Positions 14,944 through 24,185 of a stretch of DNA of 26,856 nucleotides are shown in pieces. Under the pieces are notes generated by a model. The model worked only from the letters and a program-made list of their open reading frames with translations, was not told the origin of the DNA and did not search any database. Origin of the DNA: an uncultured Dehalococcoidia bacterium (lineage in GTDB: Bacteria > Chloroflexota > Dehalococcoidia > Lucifugimonadales > UBA3495). The stretch spans positions 1 to 26,856 of the forward strand of contig CAZYBD010000010.1 in NCBI GenBank assembly GCA_964645515.1, given 5' to 3'. The position numbers and the translations under genes are program-made. Positions within the stretch are counted from its first letter, which is position 1. Every line of letters starts with the position of its first letter.

Positions 14944-17367
14944 ATGGCTACCCTTAGATATGCAGAAGTGGTGGTGGACGCGGCGGTAGGCCTAGATCGT
15001 ACCTTCTCCTATGGTATCCCTGGCCACCTGTCGATTCAGCCTGGGCAACTGGTGTGGGTTCCATTTGGCCGCCAAACGCTACAGGGTATCGTGATATCCC
15101 TAGCGGCGGTGTCGCCGGTGACCGCCACTAGGGATATCTTGCAAGCGGTGGAACCAGCGCCATTGTTGGGACCGATCCAGTTGAAAATGGGACGCTGGCT
15201 CAGTCGCTATTACCGCTGCCCCTTGTTCGCAGCTCTTTCTCCGATGTTGCCTCCGGGATTTGAAGGCCGAGTCAGTTCCAGCTTGACCGTCGCCGCGGGA
15301 GCTGATACCAGTGGACTGGGGCCCGCCGTAACGGCTGCCATACGGGTTCTAATGAGCAAGCCCCATCTCCCCGAGAGAGATTTCCTGAAGCTCATGGGCC
15401 GGAACGGTAGTCGGGATCTAAACCGGTTGATCGGGGAGGGCGTGGTGCACCGTAGAGTGACAATGCCCAGACCTCGAGTTGCACCTCGGTACGAGACATT
15501 CTTGGTGCCCACGATGGCCGGAAACGGCGGACTCAGGGAAGCCCTCACGCAGCGGCAGAAAGACCTCCTTGCGGCTGTGGGTACATACTCGGAACTCTAC
15601 CCAGCCCGGCTGGCCAACAAGGAATTTGGTAGCGGCGTCGCCAAAGCGTTGTTCGATAAAGGACTGATCGGCATGGAATGGCGCCGTGTGGGCGGCGGTC
15701 CCAATCCCCACCAGCAGACCCCCCGGCCTGATCTCACTCTGACGACCGAACAGGCCAGCGCTCTGGCCGAAATCGAAACGGCGTTGGAAAACCAGGCTTA
15801 CGAGCCTCGGAGCTTTTTGTTGCACGGTGTCACCGGCAGCGGAAAGACCGAAGTCTATCTACGGGCTATCGATTACGCTGTGCGTAAGGGCCGCCGCGCT
15901 ATCTTCCTGGTTCCGGAGATATCGTTGACCCCGCAGACACTGGAGCGGGTCAATGCCTGGTTTCCAGGGCGTGCCGCCTTGTTGCACAGCCGCCTTACCG
16001 CCAGACAGCAGTTCGACCAATGGTGGGACATCCTGGAAGGAAAGTACGACGTTATTATTGGCCCCCGAAGCGCGCTTTTTGCCCCGGTGGAAGATGTGGG
16101 TCTCATCGTCATCGACGAGGAGCACGAATGGACCTACAAGCAGGTGGAGACCCACCCGCTTTACCACGCTCGGACCGCCGCAATGGAACTGTCCCGCCTC
16201 ACGGGAGCCTCAGTGGTCATGGGCAGCGCGACGCCGGATGTGGAGACCTATTACCAGGCCACCTGCGGGCGACACCGCTTGTTGGAATTGCCGCGCCGTG
16301 TCGGCCGTCCTTCATTCAACGGTACGGCAGGGGGTATGGCGTCGGTCCAGGTCTGCGACATGAGATTGGAGCTGCGGGAGGGTAACCGGGAGATATTCAG
16401 CCGTAAGCTGGCTGCTGGCCTGAGAGACTGTATAGCCCGCGGCCAGCAAGCAATTCTTTTCTTGAACCGCCGGGGCGCCGCGGCCATCGTCGAGTGCCGT
16501 GATTGCGGGCATGTAGTGACCTGCCGTCGCTGTTCCGTGGCGTTAACTTACCACCTGCCCCACGGAAGGTTACTGTGCCATCGGTGCAACCGCAGTAGCG
16601 CCATGCCTCGGTGCTGCCAGCAGTGCGGTAGTGAGCATATTCGGCAACTCGGGACTGGCACCCAAAAGGTGGTCGAAGAGGTGATGAAGCTTCTGCCTGG
16701 AGTGAGGACAGATCGCTTGGACGCCGATGCTACTCGGTCCGGCCAGAGTCTGGAACGAGTGATGCAGCGACTGACTAATGGGGAGACTCAGGTGTTGGTG
16801 GGCACCCAAATGGTGGCTAAAGGACTGGACGTTCCCAACGTTACTCTAGTGGGAGTAGTGCTGGCTGACATTGGTCTATTTTTGCCTGATTTCCGAGCCG
16901 GGGAAAGGATTTTTGGCCTAATGTGCCAGGTCGCCGGGAGGGCCGGCCGGGGGGCAAACCCAGGCCGGGTCTACGTTCAGACTTACAACCCAGACCACTA
17001 CGCTGTCCAGGCAGCTGCAGCTCAAGACTACGCTGCTATATACGCCATGGAGATAGAGGCCCGGCGGGAGGTGGGCAATCCACCGTTCAACCAGATTGTG
17101 CATTTGGTGTACCAGAACGCGGATTCCCAGTATGGCCAGAGGCAGGCCGTCTCTGCTGGCCGCGAGTTGGTGCGCAGGGCCAACGCCCGCGGACTAAGCG
17201 AGGTAGAGGTGGTGGGGCCGGCCCCAGGCATGCCGGAACGGTTGCGCGGCCGCTTCCGCTGGCATCTCTTATTGCGGGGGCCGCGTCAGGATTTGACAGA
17301 TATCCTGGAAGGTATGGACTTCCCTCCAGGTTGTACCGTGGACGTGGACCCCGTTCATGTCCTGTAG
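14944..17367 (+). CDS. priA: Primosomal protein N' (replication restart helicase)
   Basis: GQLVWVPFG, LHGVTGSGKTEVY, LVPEISLTPQ, IDEEHEWTYKQ, GSATP, LFLNRRG, four CxxC zinc pairs, VGTQMVAKGLD, DFRAGER, QVAGRAGR. Confidence 0.97.
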   Translation: MATLRYAEVVVDAAVGLDRTFSYGIPGHLSIQPGQLVWVPFGRQTLQGIVISLAAVSPVTATRDILQAVEPAPLLGPIQLKMGRWLSRYYRCPLFAALSPMLPPGFEGRVSSSLTVAAGADTSGLGPAVTAAIRVLMSKPHLPERDFLKLMGRNGSRDLNRLIGEGVVHRRVTMPRPRVAPRYETFLVPTMAGNGGLREALTQRQKDLLAAVGTYSELYPARLANKEFGSGVAKALFDKGLIGMEWRRVGGGPNPHQQTPRPDLTLTTEQASALAEIETALENQAYEPRSFLLHGVTGSGKTEVYLRAIDYAVRKGRRAIFLVPEISLTPQTLERVNAWFPGRAALLHSRLTARQQFDQWWDILEGKYDVIIGPRSALFAPVEDVGLIVIDEEHEWTYKQVETHPLYHARTAAMELSRLTGASVVMGSATPDVETYYQATCGRHRLLELPRRVGRPSFNGTAGGMASVQVCDMRLELREGNREIFSRKLAAGLRDCIARGQQAILFLNRRGAAAIVECRDCGHVVTCRRCSVALTYHLPHGRLLCHRCNRSSAMPRCCQQCGSEHIRQLGTGTQKVVEEVMKLLPGVRTDRLDADATRSGQSLERVMQRLTNGETQVLVGTQMVAKGLDVPNVTLVGVVLADIGLFLPDFRAGERIFGLMCQVAGRAGRGANPGRVYVQTYNPDHYAVQAAAAQDYAAIYAMEIEARREVGNPPFNQIVHLVYQNADSQYGQRQAVSAGRELVRRANARGLSEVEVVGPAPGMPERLRGRFRWHLLLRGPRQDLTDILEGMDFPPGCTVDVDPVHVL

Positions 17368-17373
17368 CCGGCT

Positions 17374-17402
17374 TTGCACTCTCCAAGCCTGCTGAATATA
17401 AT
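17374..17402 (+). promoter_or_regulatory. Sigma70 promoter upstream of def
   Basis: TTGCAC (17374-17379), 17-nt spacer, TATAAT (17397-17402). SD GAGGTGAT precedes the def GTG. Confidence 0.6.
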
Positions 17403-17496
17403 AGGCGCATGTGATTATTCGTTGACCTGCGTCTAAAGGGGCTACCGGCGACAACGTACGCCGCGGGTATCTGCCCCGGTGGTGAGGTGATCCGCA

Positions 17497-18177
17497 GTGG
17501 CGGTATTGACAATCCGGACCGTACCCGACCCGATACTTTTCAAAAAAGCCAGAAAGGTGGCAAAGATTACTCCTCAGCACAGGAAACTGGCGGAGGACAT
17601 GGTTGAGACCATGCATGAGTCCAGCGGTGTGGGCCTGGCGGCCAACCAGGTGGGCTCGCTGGAAAAAGTTGCTGTAATTCAAACGCCCGAAATGAAAGAC
17701 GCAATGGTCTTAGTCAACCCTGAGATCGTCGAGCAAGAGGGAGAAAGGGAGGTTGAGGAGGGTTGCCTGAGTGTCCCGGGATGGCGCGGCATCGTCCGGC
17801 GTTCGGAGACTGTGCGGGCTCAGTATATGGGTCTGGATGGAAAGCGGACGAAAATATATGCTGAAGACCTATTGGCCCAGGCCTTGGAGCACGAAATCGA
17901 CCATCTCAATGGGATCGTTTTCACCGACCACCTACTCAGCCACAGTCCGGAACACTTCTACAAGATCTTCGAACCTTCGGAGGGAGAGGATGAGGATAGA
18001 GGGGTGGACTCCCAAAATCGACACGATCATGAGTATGCCCATAATCCTGAATTCGCGGCTCTGCATCGCCGGCTCCATGGACACGCTGGTAATGGTTCCG
18101 CCGGTGGTCCTGAAAAAGAGACCGGGAGTGAAACCGAGGCGGCGACCGCCGGTCAGGACTCTTCCAATAGCGACTAG
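17497..18177 (+). CDS. def: Peptide deformylase with His/acidic C-terminal extension
   Basis: All three PDF motifs are present: GVGLAANQ, EGCLS and HEIDHLNG. Confidence 0.96.
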   Translation: MAVLTIRTVPDPILFKKARKVAKITPQHRKLAEDMVETMHESSGVGLAANQVGSLEKVAVIQTPEMKDAMVLVNPEIVEQEGEREVEEGCLSVPGWRGIVRRSETVRAQYMGLDGKRTKIYAEDLLAQALEHEIDHLNGIVFTDHLLSHSPEHFYKIFEPSEGEDEDRGVDSQNRHDHEYAHNPEFAALHRRLHGHAGNGSAGGPEKETGSETEAATAGQDSSNSD

Positions 18178-18362
18178 CTACTCAGCCTTTCGACTCTTTT
18201 CTTCGTACATCTGGGAATGACCGGAGTTGAGGGCGGCCCTGTCCGCCGAGACCCGCCGCGAACCTCTGATCGTACTAATCCTTCTGTGCGCTACGGGCCT
18301 ACTGCATAGGAACTAATTCGTCGCTTAGGGCTAGTCTATGACCGACCAGAAGATGCCAAAAG

Positions 18363-19838
18363 ATGATTAAGAAGCTAGCAGCCTTTTTTTCCAGCCAAGA
18401 ATTGGACGTGTTTTTGGTGGGCGGCGCCGTCCGGCATTGGTTGTCATCCAAGCCGTTGGACAGTGACATAGATTTGGCGGTATCCGGTGATCCTGTACTA
18501 ATAGCTGACGCTTTGGCTTCGGCATTGGGAGGGACGGTCGTGCCGCTGAGCCCGGTCAGAGGGATGGTCAGAGTTGCGGTGCCTCCCGCCGACAAAACCC
18601 AGAACCCGGAGGGCACGGCTCACGCGTGGAGCATCGACCTGGCTAGTTATTCTGGAAGCATCCAAGAGGATCTGGAACGCCGGGACTTTTCCATAAACGC
18701 CATGGGGGTGGCCCTAGAGTCTTGGGAAGACCGAGATAATCCCGAAGTACTGATTGATCCTTGCGGCGGACGCCAAGACCTCGTCCGAAAGAGCATCAGG
18801 GCCTTGACCCCCGGCATATTCGAGGCCGACCCCGGCCGTCTGCTGCGGGCCTTGCGTTTGTCTTCGCAGCTGGGTTTCCGGTTGGAGACGGACACGATCC
18901 GGTTGCTGGCTTCGGAGTCCCATCGGTTAGTCCAGGTCTCGCCCGACCGAGTACGAGAAGAGTTCTTACGGATATTGTCCTTGGACGGGGCGAAAGCACA
19001 ACTGGAAGTGATGGACCGGCTAGGGCTTTTCCAGCACGTGATTCCCGAATTGCAGGCGGCCAAGGGAGTGGAGCAGCCCAGAATGCATTATTGGGACGTG
19101 TGGGGGCACACACTCCACGCCGTAGAAACGGCGGAGCTGGTTACTAAGGGGCACCAGAATTCGCCGGTATACACTTGTGTGCCGTGGACCCCGGAGAGTG
19201 AAGATTACTTCTCAGAAATCGTTACCGACGGCTATTCCCGGCGCACCGTTCTCAAGCTGGCGGCGCTGTTCCACGACGTTGCTAAGCCACAGACCAAGAG
19301 CTTGGACGAAACTGGTCGAACACGGTTCTTCGGTCACTCGGAACAAGGCGCGGAGATTGCGTCCGCTCGGCTGAAAGAGTTACGAGTCAGCTCTCGAGGC
19401 GTCAATATGGTCGCCAAAATGGTGGAGCAGCATTTGCGGCCTACCAACATGAAAGATGGCTCCGAATGGCCCACCAACCGGGCCATCTACCGGTATTTTA
19501 GGGACGTTGGGGATGTTGCTATCGATACCCTGTATCTGTGTCTTGCGGACTATTTAGCGGCAAAGGGTCCGGAGTTGTCGCATTCAGATTGGCTGAACCA
19601 TGCTAGAATGGTGGCAAATATTCTCCACGTAGGCACGAATGAACCGGTTTCTCCGGCGAGTATTCGTTTGGTTACCGGCCACGATTTGATGACCCACCTC
19701 AATTTACAGCCCGGCCCCCATATTGGTTCCTTATTGCATGATATTGAGGAAGCTCGTGCGGCTGGGGAAATCGAAACTCAGGTCCAGGCTTTGGAGCTCG
19801 CGGCCAATGCGCTGCTACATCCAAGGAATTCCAGCTAA
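18363..19838 (+). CDS. Class II tRNA nucleotidyltransferase (probably CC-adding type) with HD domain
   Basis: FLVGGAVR, DIDLAV, EDLERRDFSINAM, DPGRLLRALR, ERVREE-like DRVREEF, HYWDVWGHT, LFHDVAKP and RFFGHSEQGA. Confidence 0.9.
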   Translation: MIKKLAAFFSSQELDVFLVGGAVRHWLSSKPLDSDIDLAVSGDPVLIADALASALGGTVVPLSPVRGMVRVAVPPADKTQNPEGTAHAWSIDLASYSGSIQEDLERRDFSINAMGVALESWEDRDNPEVLIDPCGGRQDLVRKSIRALTPGIFEADPGRLLRALRLSSQLGFRLETDTIRLLASESHRLVQVSPDRVREEFLRILSLDGAKAQLEVMDRLGLFQHVIPELQAAKGVEQPRMHYWDVWGHTLHAVETAELVTKGHQNSPVYTCVPWTPESEDYFSEIVTDGYSRRTVLKLAALFHDVAKPQTKSLDETGRTRFFGHSEQGAEIASARLKELRVSSRGVNMVAKMVEQHLRPTNMKDGSEWPTNRAIYRYFRDVGDVAIDTLYLCLADYLAAKGPELSHSDWLNHARMVANILHVGTNEPVSPASIRLVTGHDLMTHLNLQPGPHIGSLLHDIEEARAAGEIETQVQALELAANALLHPRNSS

Positions 19839-19841
19839 CTA

Positions 19842-20816
19842 ATGCGCGCACGCAGTATACGGATTTCGGTCGGAATCGTTCTTATCCTTGGCGTCGCATT
19901 GGCGGCCCTCGGATTCAAGACCATAGATATTCCTGTGTTGGGGGAGCGTGACGGCAGTGGCCCCTTGGGCTTGAAGTTAGGTCTTGACCTGCGCGGAGGC
20001 GGCCACCTTGTCTATCAGGCTGACACCGGCACCCGTTTCGATCTGACCTTTGCGGAACCTGTCGACTTCAATGAGTTGTCCACGGCGCTAAACGATCTCA
20101 GATTCGGCGCCGATGATCTAGCGTTGGATGGGCTGCAGATCATACCCAGGGATTTGCGTTTAACTCAACCCGAAGAAATGTCGGCCGATGAAGACGCCGA
20201 GTCTCCAGCGGTACCGTCAGGCGAAGAAGGTCATACTGCCGGCTCGGCAGACAATGATGGCGGGGCGGATATTGAGACTACGGAGGCCGCGGTGGTTGCG
20301 GTGACGCCGGTCGTTACTCGTGTGCAGGTCAGGACCTCGCTCTTCAACGACGACGATCCGCGGCGCACTCAGCTGAGGAGCACGCTGACTGATCAGTTTG
20401 GTGAGGTCAGTCTGTTTCAGATCAACGACATTGGAGAGCCCACCAGAGACCAGATGGAAGGGGTTCTCGACAACATTACTCGGCGGGTCAATCGGTTCGG
20501 CACGGAAGAGCCGATTATCCAGATCTTTGGCGACGACCGGATCATCGTTCAGTTGCCCGGAGCCAGCGGATCGGTCTCGGAGATCCGGTTCGTCGAGCCC
20601 GTAACCGAGAGCGAAGATTTGGCGGCGCTGCCGCTCCTGTTAGAAAGCGCCGGCTTTGAAGACTTCGTTATCGACGGAAGTAGCGACCAACGGACTTTCA
20701 GAGTGACATCGGACACTATTGGCAGAGCTGCCCAAAACGCGGCGTTGAATTCTTTGACAGACCAGATCGGTTCCATCGAGTCGTTCGAGGTTACCAGCGG
20801 TATTGACGAGGCCTAA
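19842..20816 (+). CDS. secD: SecD N-terminal part (TM1 + expanded periplasmic region), ending at an in-frame TAA
   Basis: Hydrophobic TM1, LKLGLDLRGGGHLVYQAD and ITRRVNRFGTEEPIIQIFGDDRIIVQLPG. In frame with the next ORF, separated only by TAA-GAC. Confidence 0.85.
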   Translation: MRARSIRISVGIVLILGVALAALGFKTIDIPVLGERDGSGPLGLKLGLDLRGGGHLVYQADTGTRFDLTFAEPVDFNELSTALNDLRFGADDLALDGLQIIPRDLRLTQPEEMSADEDAESPAVPSGEEGHTAGSADNDGGADIETTEAAVVAVTPVVTRVQVRTSLFNDDDPRRTQLRSTLTDQFGEVSLFQINDIGEPTRDQMEGVLDNITRRVNRFGTEEPIIQIFGDDRIIVQLPGASGSVSEIRFVEPVTESEDLAALPLLLESAGFEDFVIDGSSDQRTFRVTSDTIGRAAQNAALNSLTDQIGSIESFEVTSGIDEA

Positions 20817-20819
20817 GAC

Positions 20820-21812
20820 TTGATCGGCCAGACTGCTAGTTTGGAGTTTAAAGAGCGAACCTGCCAGACAGAACTGTGTATGAATTTCACCGACACCGAC
20901 CTAGACCTGAGCGGAGATGACCTCTCACGCGCCGAAGCAGGCACGGACCCGGTGGGTGTCGGCTGGGTTGTCAACATAGAGTTCAGGGGTCGAGGCACCG
21001 ATATATTCTCGGACATGACCCGGCGCATCCAAGGCGTGGAGACCAAGCGTATAGCGGTGTTCATGGACGACGAAGAACTCGTCGCACCCGTTGCTCGCGC
21101 CTGGATACGTGACGGACGAACCCAGGTCAGCGGTAACTTCACCAGAGACGAGGCCCAGACCTTGGCCATCCAGTTGGAGTCCGGGCGTCTGCCGGTGCCG
21201 CTCAAACTGATCCAAGAAAGTGACGTAGACGCCTTGTTGGGTTCCGAGTCTCTGAGAAACAGCTTGCTGGCGGGGCTGGTGGGTCTGGGTCTTGTGTTAG
21301 TGTTCATGGTGGTCTACTACCGGATGGCGGGAGTGGTGGCTGGGGCCGCGTTGGTGTTCTATGCTGTCGTGGCCTTGTCTATATTCAAGCTTCTTCCCAT
21401 TACGCTGGAACTGGCCCATATTGGTGGGTTCATCCTGTCCGTAGGCATGGCAGTGGACGCCAACGTATTGATCTTCGAGCGCATGAAAGAAGAGGTTCGT
21501 GTCGGCCGCACCTTGGCGTCATCCATGGAAGTAGGCTTTGGCCGTGCTTGGCCAGCCATCAGAGATAGTAACTTTTCCACGATTATCACTTGTCTGGTGC
21601 TTCTGTGGTTCGGTGACCGCCTGGGTGGCGGACTGGTCACCGGGGTAGCCATTAGCTTGTTGATAGGCGTATTGGTCAGCATGTTCACTGCGGTGGTTGT
21701 CAGCAGGAACCTATTGCAATTACTGGCCTTCGTAGGACTAGGCCATCGGATTAACCTGTTCACTCCTGAACCAGTCCAGCGGGCAGTTGAAAATACCGGG
21801 GGTGCCAGATAG
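20820..21812 (+). CDS. secD: SecD C-terminal part (P1 head/base + TM2-6)
   Basis: LIGQTASLEF, IQLESGRLPVPL, LGSESLRNSLLAG, IGGFILSVGMAVDANVLIFERMKEE, GFGRAWPAIRDSN. The stop overlaps the secF start (TAGTG). Confidence 0.9.
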   Translation: MIGQTASLEFKERTCQTELCMNFTDTDLDLSGDDLSRAEAGTDPVGVGWVVNIEFRGRGTDIFSDMTRRIQGVETKRIAVFMDDEELVAPVARAWIRDGRTQVSGNFTRDEAQTLAIQLESGRLPVPLKLIQESDVDALLGSESLRNSLLAGLVGLGLVLVFMVVYYRMAGVVAGAALVFYAVVALSIFKLLPITLELAHIGGFILSVGMAVDANVLIFERMKEEVRVGRTLASSMEVGFGRAWPAIRDSNFSTIITCLVLLWFGDRLGGGLVTGVAISLLIGVLVSMFTAVVVSRNLLQLLAFVGLGHRINLFTPEPVQRAVENTGGAR

Positions 21813-22810
21813 TGCTGGACGTTGTCGGCAAAAGAGCCTGGTACTTCCTCTTTTCAGCGTTAATTATTATTCCCGGATTTCTCTCCATGTTGCTCCCCCC
21901 TGGCTGGATATCGTTGGAGTCGGGCTTGAGGCCCGGCATCGACTTTACCAGCGGCTCGGTCTTGAACGTATCGTTCAATACGCCGGAAGATGGTGACCGA
22001 GTCACGGAAGAGGACATCCAGGACCGCATGAGCGAACTGGGACACCCCGAGGCTCTGATCCAGAAAATCGGCGGGTCAACTTTTTTCATCCGCACAGAGG
22101 TGCTTGATGAAGCGGTGGGAGATGGGTTATCCGAGCGAGAAGTCATTGAAAGGGACTTAGAACGATTTTTGGGGCTACAGCGCGACCGGGTGGAATTCGA
22201 TTCGGTGTCCCCCATCGTGGCCCAAGAAACCGTGCGCACCGCCTTCTATGCTTTGGCAGCGGCGGCCGTCTTCATATTGCTTTACGTTTGGTATGCCTTT
22301 CGCCGCGTTCCAAAAGCCCACCGCTACGGTGTAAGCGCTGTGTTTGCGCTTGTGCACGACCTGTTCATCGTTCTCGGCGTATTTTCGATATTGGGTCGAG
22401 CCATCGATCTGGAAGTGAACTCCATGTTCATAGTGGGTCTCTTGATCGTGGCTGGTTATAGTGTTAACGACACCATTGTGGTGTTCGATCGGATCCGAGA
22501 AAACGTGTCGCGCCACCCTGACCGGGACCTGGGTTCCATGGTAAACCTTAGCATCATGGAGAGCATGGGCCGTTCACTCAATACCAGCTTGACCACTCTA
22601 TTCGTCCTAGTGGCCATGTTGCTCATTGGTGGCACCAGCATCCGTGAATTGCTCTTGGTGCTGGCTATCGGAGCCGTTGCCGGGACTTACAGCTCCATCT
22701 TCATTGCCGCCCAGTTCCTTGTCATGTGGGACCGAGGAGAAATAGGCCGGTTCTTCCGGCGTGGACGAGCGGTTGCGGCCACCACCATGGTCAACCTCTT
22801 CGGGCGTTAG
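21812..22810 (+). CDS. secF: Protein translocase subunit SecF
   Basis: PGIDFTSGS, VSPIVAQE, ALVHDL, GYSVNDTIVVFDRIREN, GRSLNTSLTTL and GTYSSIFIA. Confidence 0.96.
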   Translation: MLDVVGKRAWYFLFSALIIIPGFLSMLLPPGWISLESGLRPGIDFTSGSVLNVSFNTPEDGDRVTEEDIQDRMSELGHPEALIQKIGGSTFFIRTEVLDEAVGDGLSEREVIERDLERFLGLQRDRVEFDSVSPIVAQETVRTAFYALAAAAVFILLYVWYAFRRVPKAHRYGVSAVFALVHDLFIVLGVFSILGRAIDLEVNSMFIVGLLIVAGYSVNDTIVVFDRIRENVSRHPDRDLGSMVNLSIMESMGRSLNTSLTTLFVLVAMLLIGGTSIRELLLVLAIGAVAGTYSSIFIAAQFLVMWDRGEIGRFFRRGRAVAATTMVNLFGR

Positions 22811-22962
22811 CTGGACAATACCAAAGAGAGCACAGACGACGCGGAGGATTTCCGGTATTGGCGTTCTGCCACGTCTTGGCATTTCCATATAATCGGCTAA
22901 TCCTACCTGATAACCCCTATGCACATTGTGCTCTTTGCGGCGAATTACCCCGGAGGTAAGCG

Positions 22963-23820
22963 ATGAAGATAGGCGCACACGTTTCAACGGCCGGCGGGAT
23001 TAGCAAAGCACCGGGCCGGGCACAAGAAATAGGTTGCGAGGCCATTCAGATCTTCGGATCCTCGCCGCAGGGTTGGGGTTTCAAGGCTGTTCCTGAAGAA
23101 GAGATCGAGTTCTTCAAGCAGAATGCCGCCGCTGCTGGCATCGGAGCCATCTTCCTGCATGCCATCTATCTGATAATCCTGGGCCCGCCCAACCAGGCCA
23201 ATCTCCCAAAAGGGATCGATTCACTGGTCAAATACATGACTCTGGCCTCTGACATCGGGGCTACAGGGGTAATCGTACACCCCGGCAGTCACGGTGGTGC
23301 TGGCTACGAATCGGTGTTGCCCCAAACGGTGGAGGTGCTGAAGACGGTTCTAGACTGGGCTCCCGACGGCCCTTATCTGGCGATGGAAAACATGGCCGGG
23401 ACGGGTCAGCACATTGGCGCTCGTTTTGAAAAACTCGGCGGCCTTATGGAGGCCGTAGCCCAACCCAGGCTCAAGATATGCCTCGATACCCAGCACTGCT
23501 TTGCTGCTGGGTATGACCTCGCCCCCGGCGCCGGGATGGAGGATTTGCTGGACCAACTCGAGTCCGGTCCTGGCCGCGCCAACGTCGTTGCTATCCACGC
23601 CAATGACTCTAAACGCCCCTGCGGCTCCGGCGTAGACCGCCACGACAACGTTGGTGACGGCTTCATAGGAGAGGATGGCTTCGCCGTATTCATGGGGCAT
23701 CCGGCGTTCCGAGACATTCCGTTTCTACTGGAAGTCCCTGGTTTCGACGGCAACGGCCCCGACCTCCAGAACGTTGAGATTCTCAAACGAATCCGCGAAC
23801 AGGCAGAAGTCGCTCCTTGA
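22963..23820 (+). CDS. nfo: Endonuclease IV (AP endonuclease)
   Basis: IGAHVSTAGG. All nine Zn ligands are recognisable: FLHAIY, IVHPGSH, MENMAG, CLDTQH, IHANDS, VDRH and LLEVP. SD GGAGG. Confidence 0.95.
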   Translation: MKIGAHVSTAGGISKAPGRAQEIGCEAIQIFGSSPQGWGFKAVPEEEIEFFKQNAAAAGIGAIFLHAIYLIILGPPNQANLPKGIDSLVKYMTLASDIGATGVIVHPGSHGGAGYESVLPQTVEVLKTVLDWAPDGPYLAMENMAGTGQHIGARFEKLGGLMEAVAQPRLKICLDTQHCFAAGYDLAPGAGMEDLLDQLESGPGRANVVAIHANDSKRPCGSGVDRHDNVGDGFIGEDGFAVFMGHPAFRDIPFLLEVPGFDGNGPDLQNVEILKRIREQAEVAP

Positions 23821-24185
23821 TCCAAATGACCCTGCGGGAATTCGTTCGGTTGGTACGCCTGGCTTACGCCAAAGTGCCGGTGGAAATGCGCCGGTCTCTG
23901 GTAAATGTGGACGTGACGGTGGAGGAGTGGCCAAACCCTGAGGAAGTGGGCCCATCTGAGGGATATGCAACCCTCTATGGCCTTTTCAGCGGACAGCCGT
24001 TGGCAGAGAGAGAGGGCCTAGGCCCGATGATCCCTGACCGGATTGTCATCTATCGTCAGCCCATCCTCCGTAACTCCAAGACCCGGGTCGAGGCCGAACG
24101 TGAGATCAGGGTCACGCTCTGGCATGAGATCGGGCACTATCTGGGCATGACCGAAGAAGACCTGCACCGTTTGGGCTACGGTTAA
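23817..24185 (+). CDS. Zincin-like metallopeptidase (DUF1025-like)
   Basis: LYGLFSG, PDRIVIYRQPI and TLWHEIGHYLGMTEEDLHRLGY (HExxH). Start overlaps the nfo stop. Confidence 0.85.
   Translation: MIQMTLREFVRLVRLAYAKVPVEMRRSLVNVDVTVEEWPNPEEVGPSEGYATLYGLFSGQPLAEREGLGPMIPDRIVIYRQPILRNSKTRVEAEREIRVTLWHEIGHYLGMTEEDLHRLGYG

Noticed and set aside
18338-18370. 10-codon ORF MTDQKMPKDD overlapping the nucleotidyltransferase start
   Set aside because: It is too short to evaluate. It could be chance or a one-base indel in the true N-terminus, and there is no supporting evidence.
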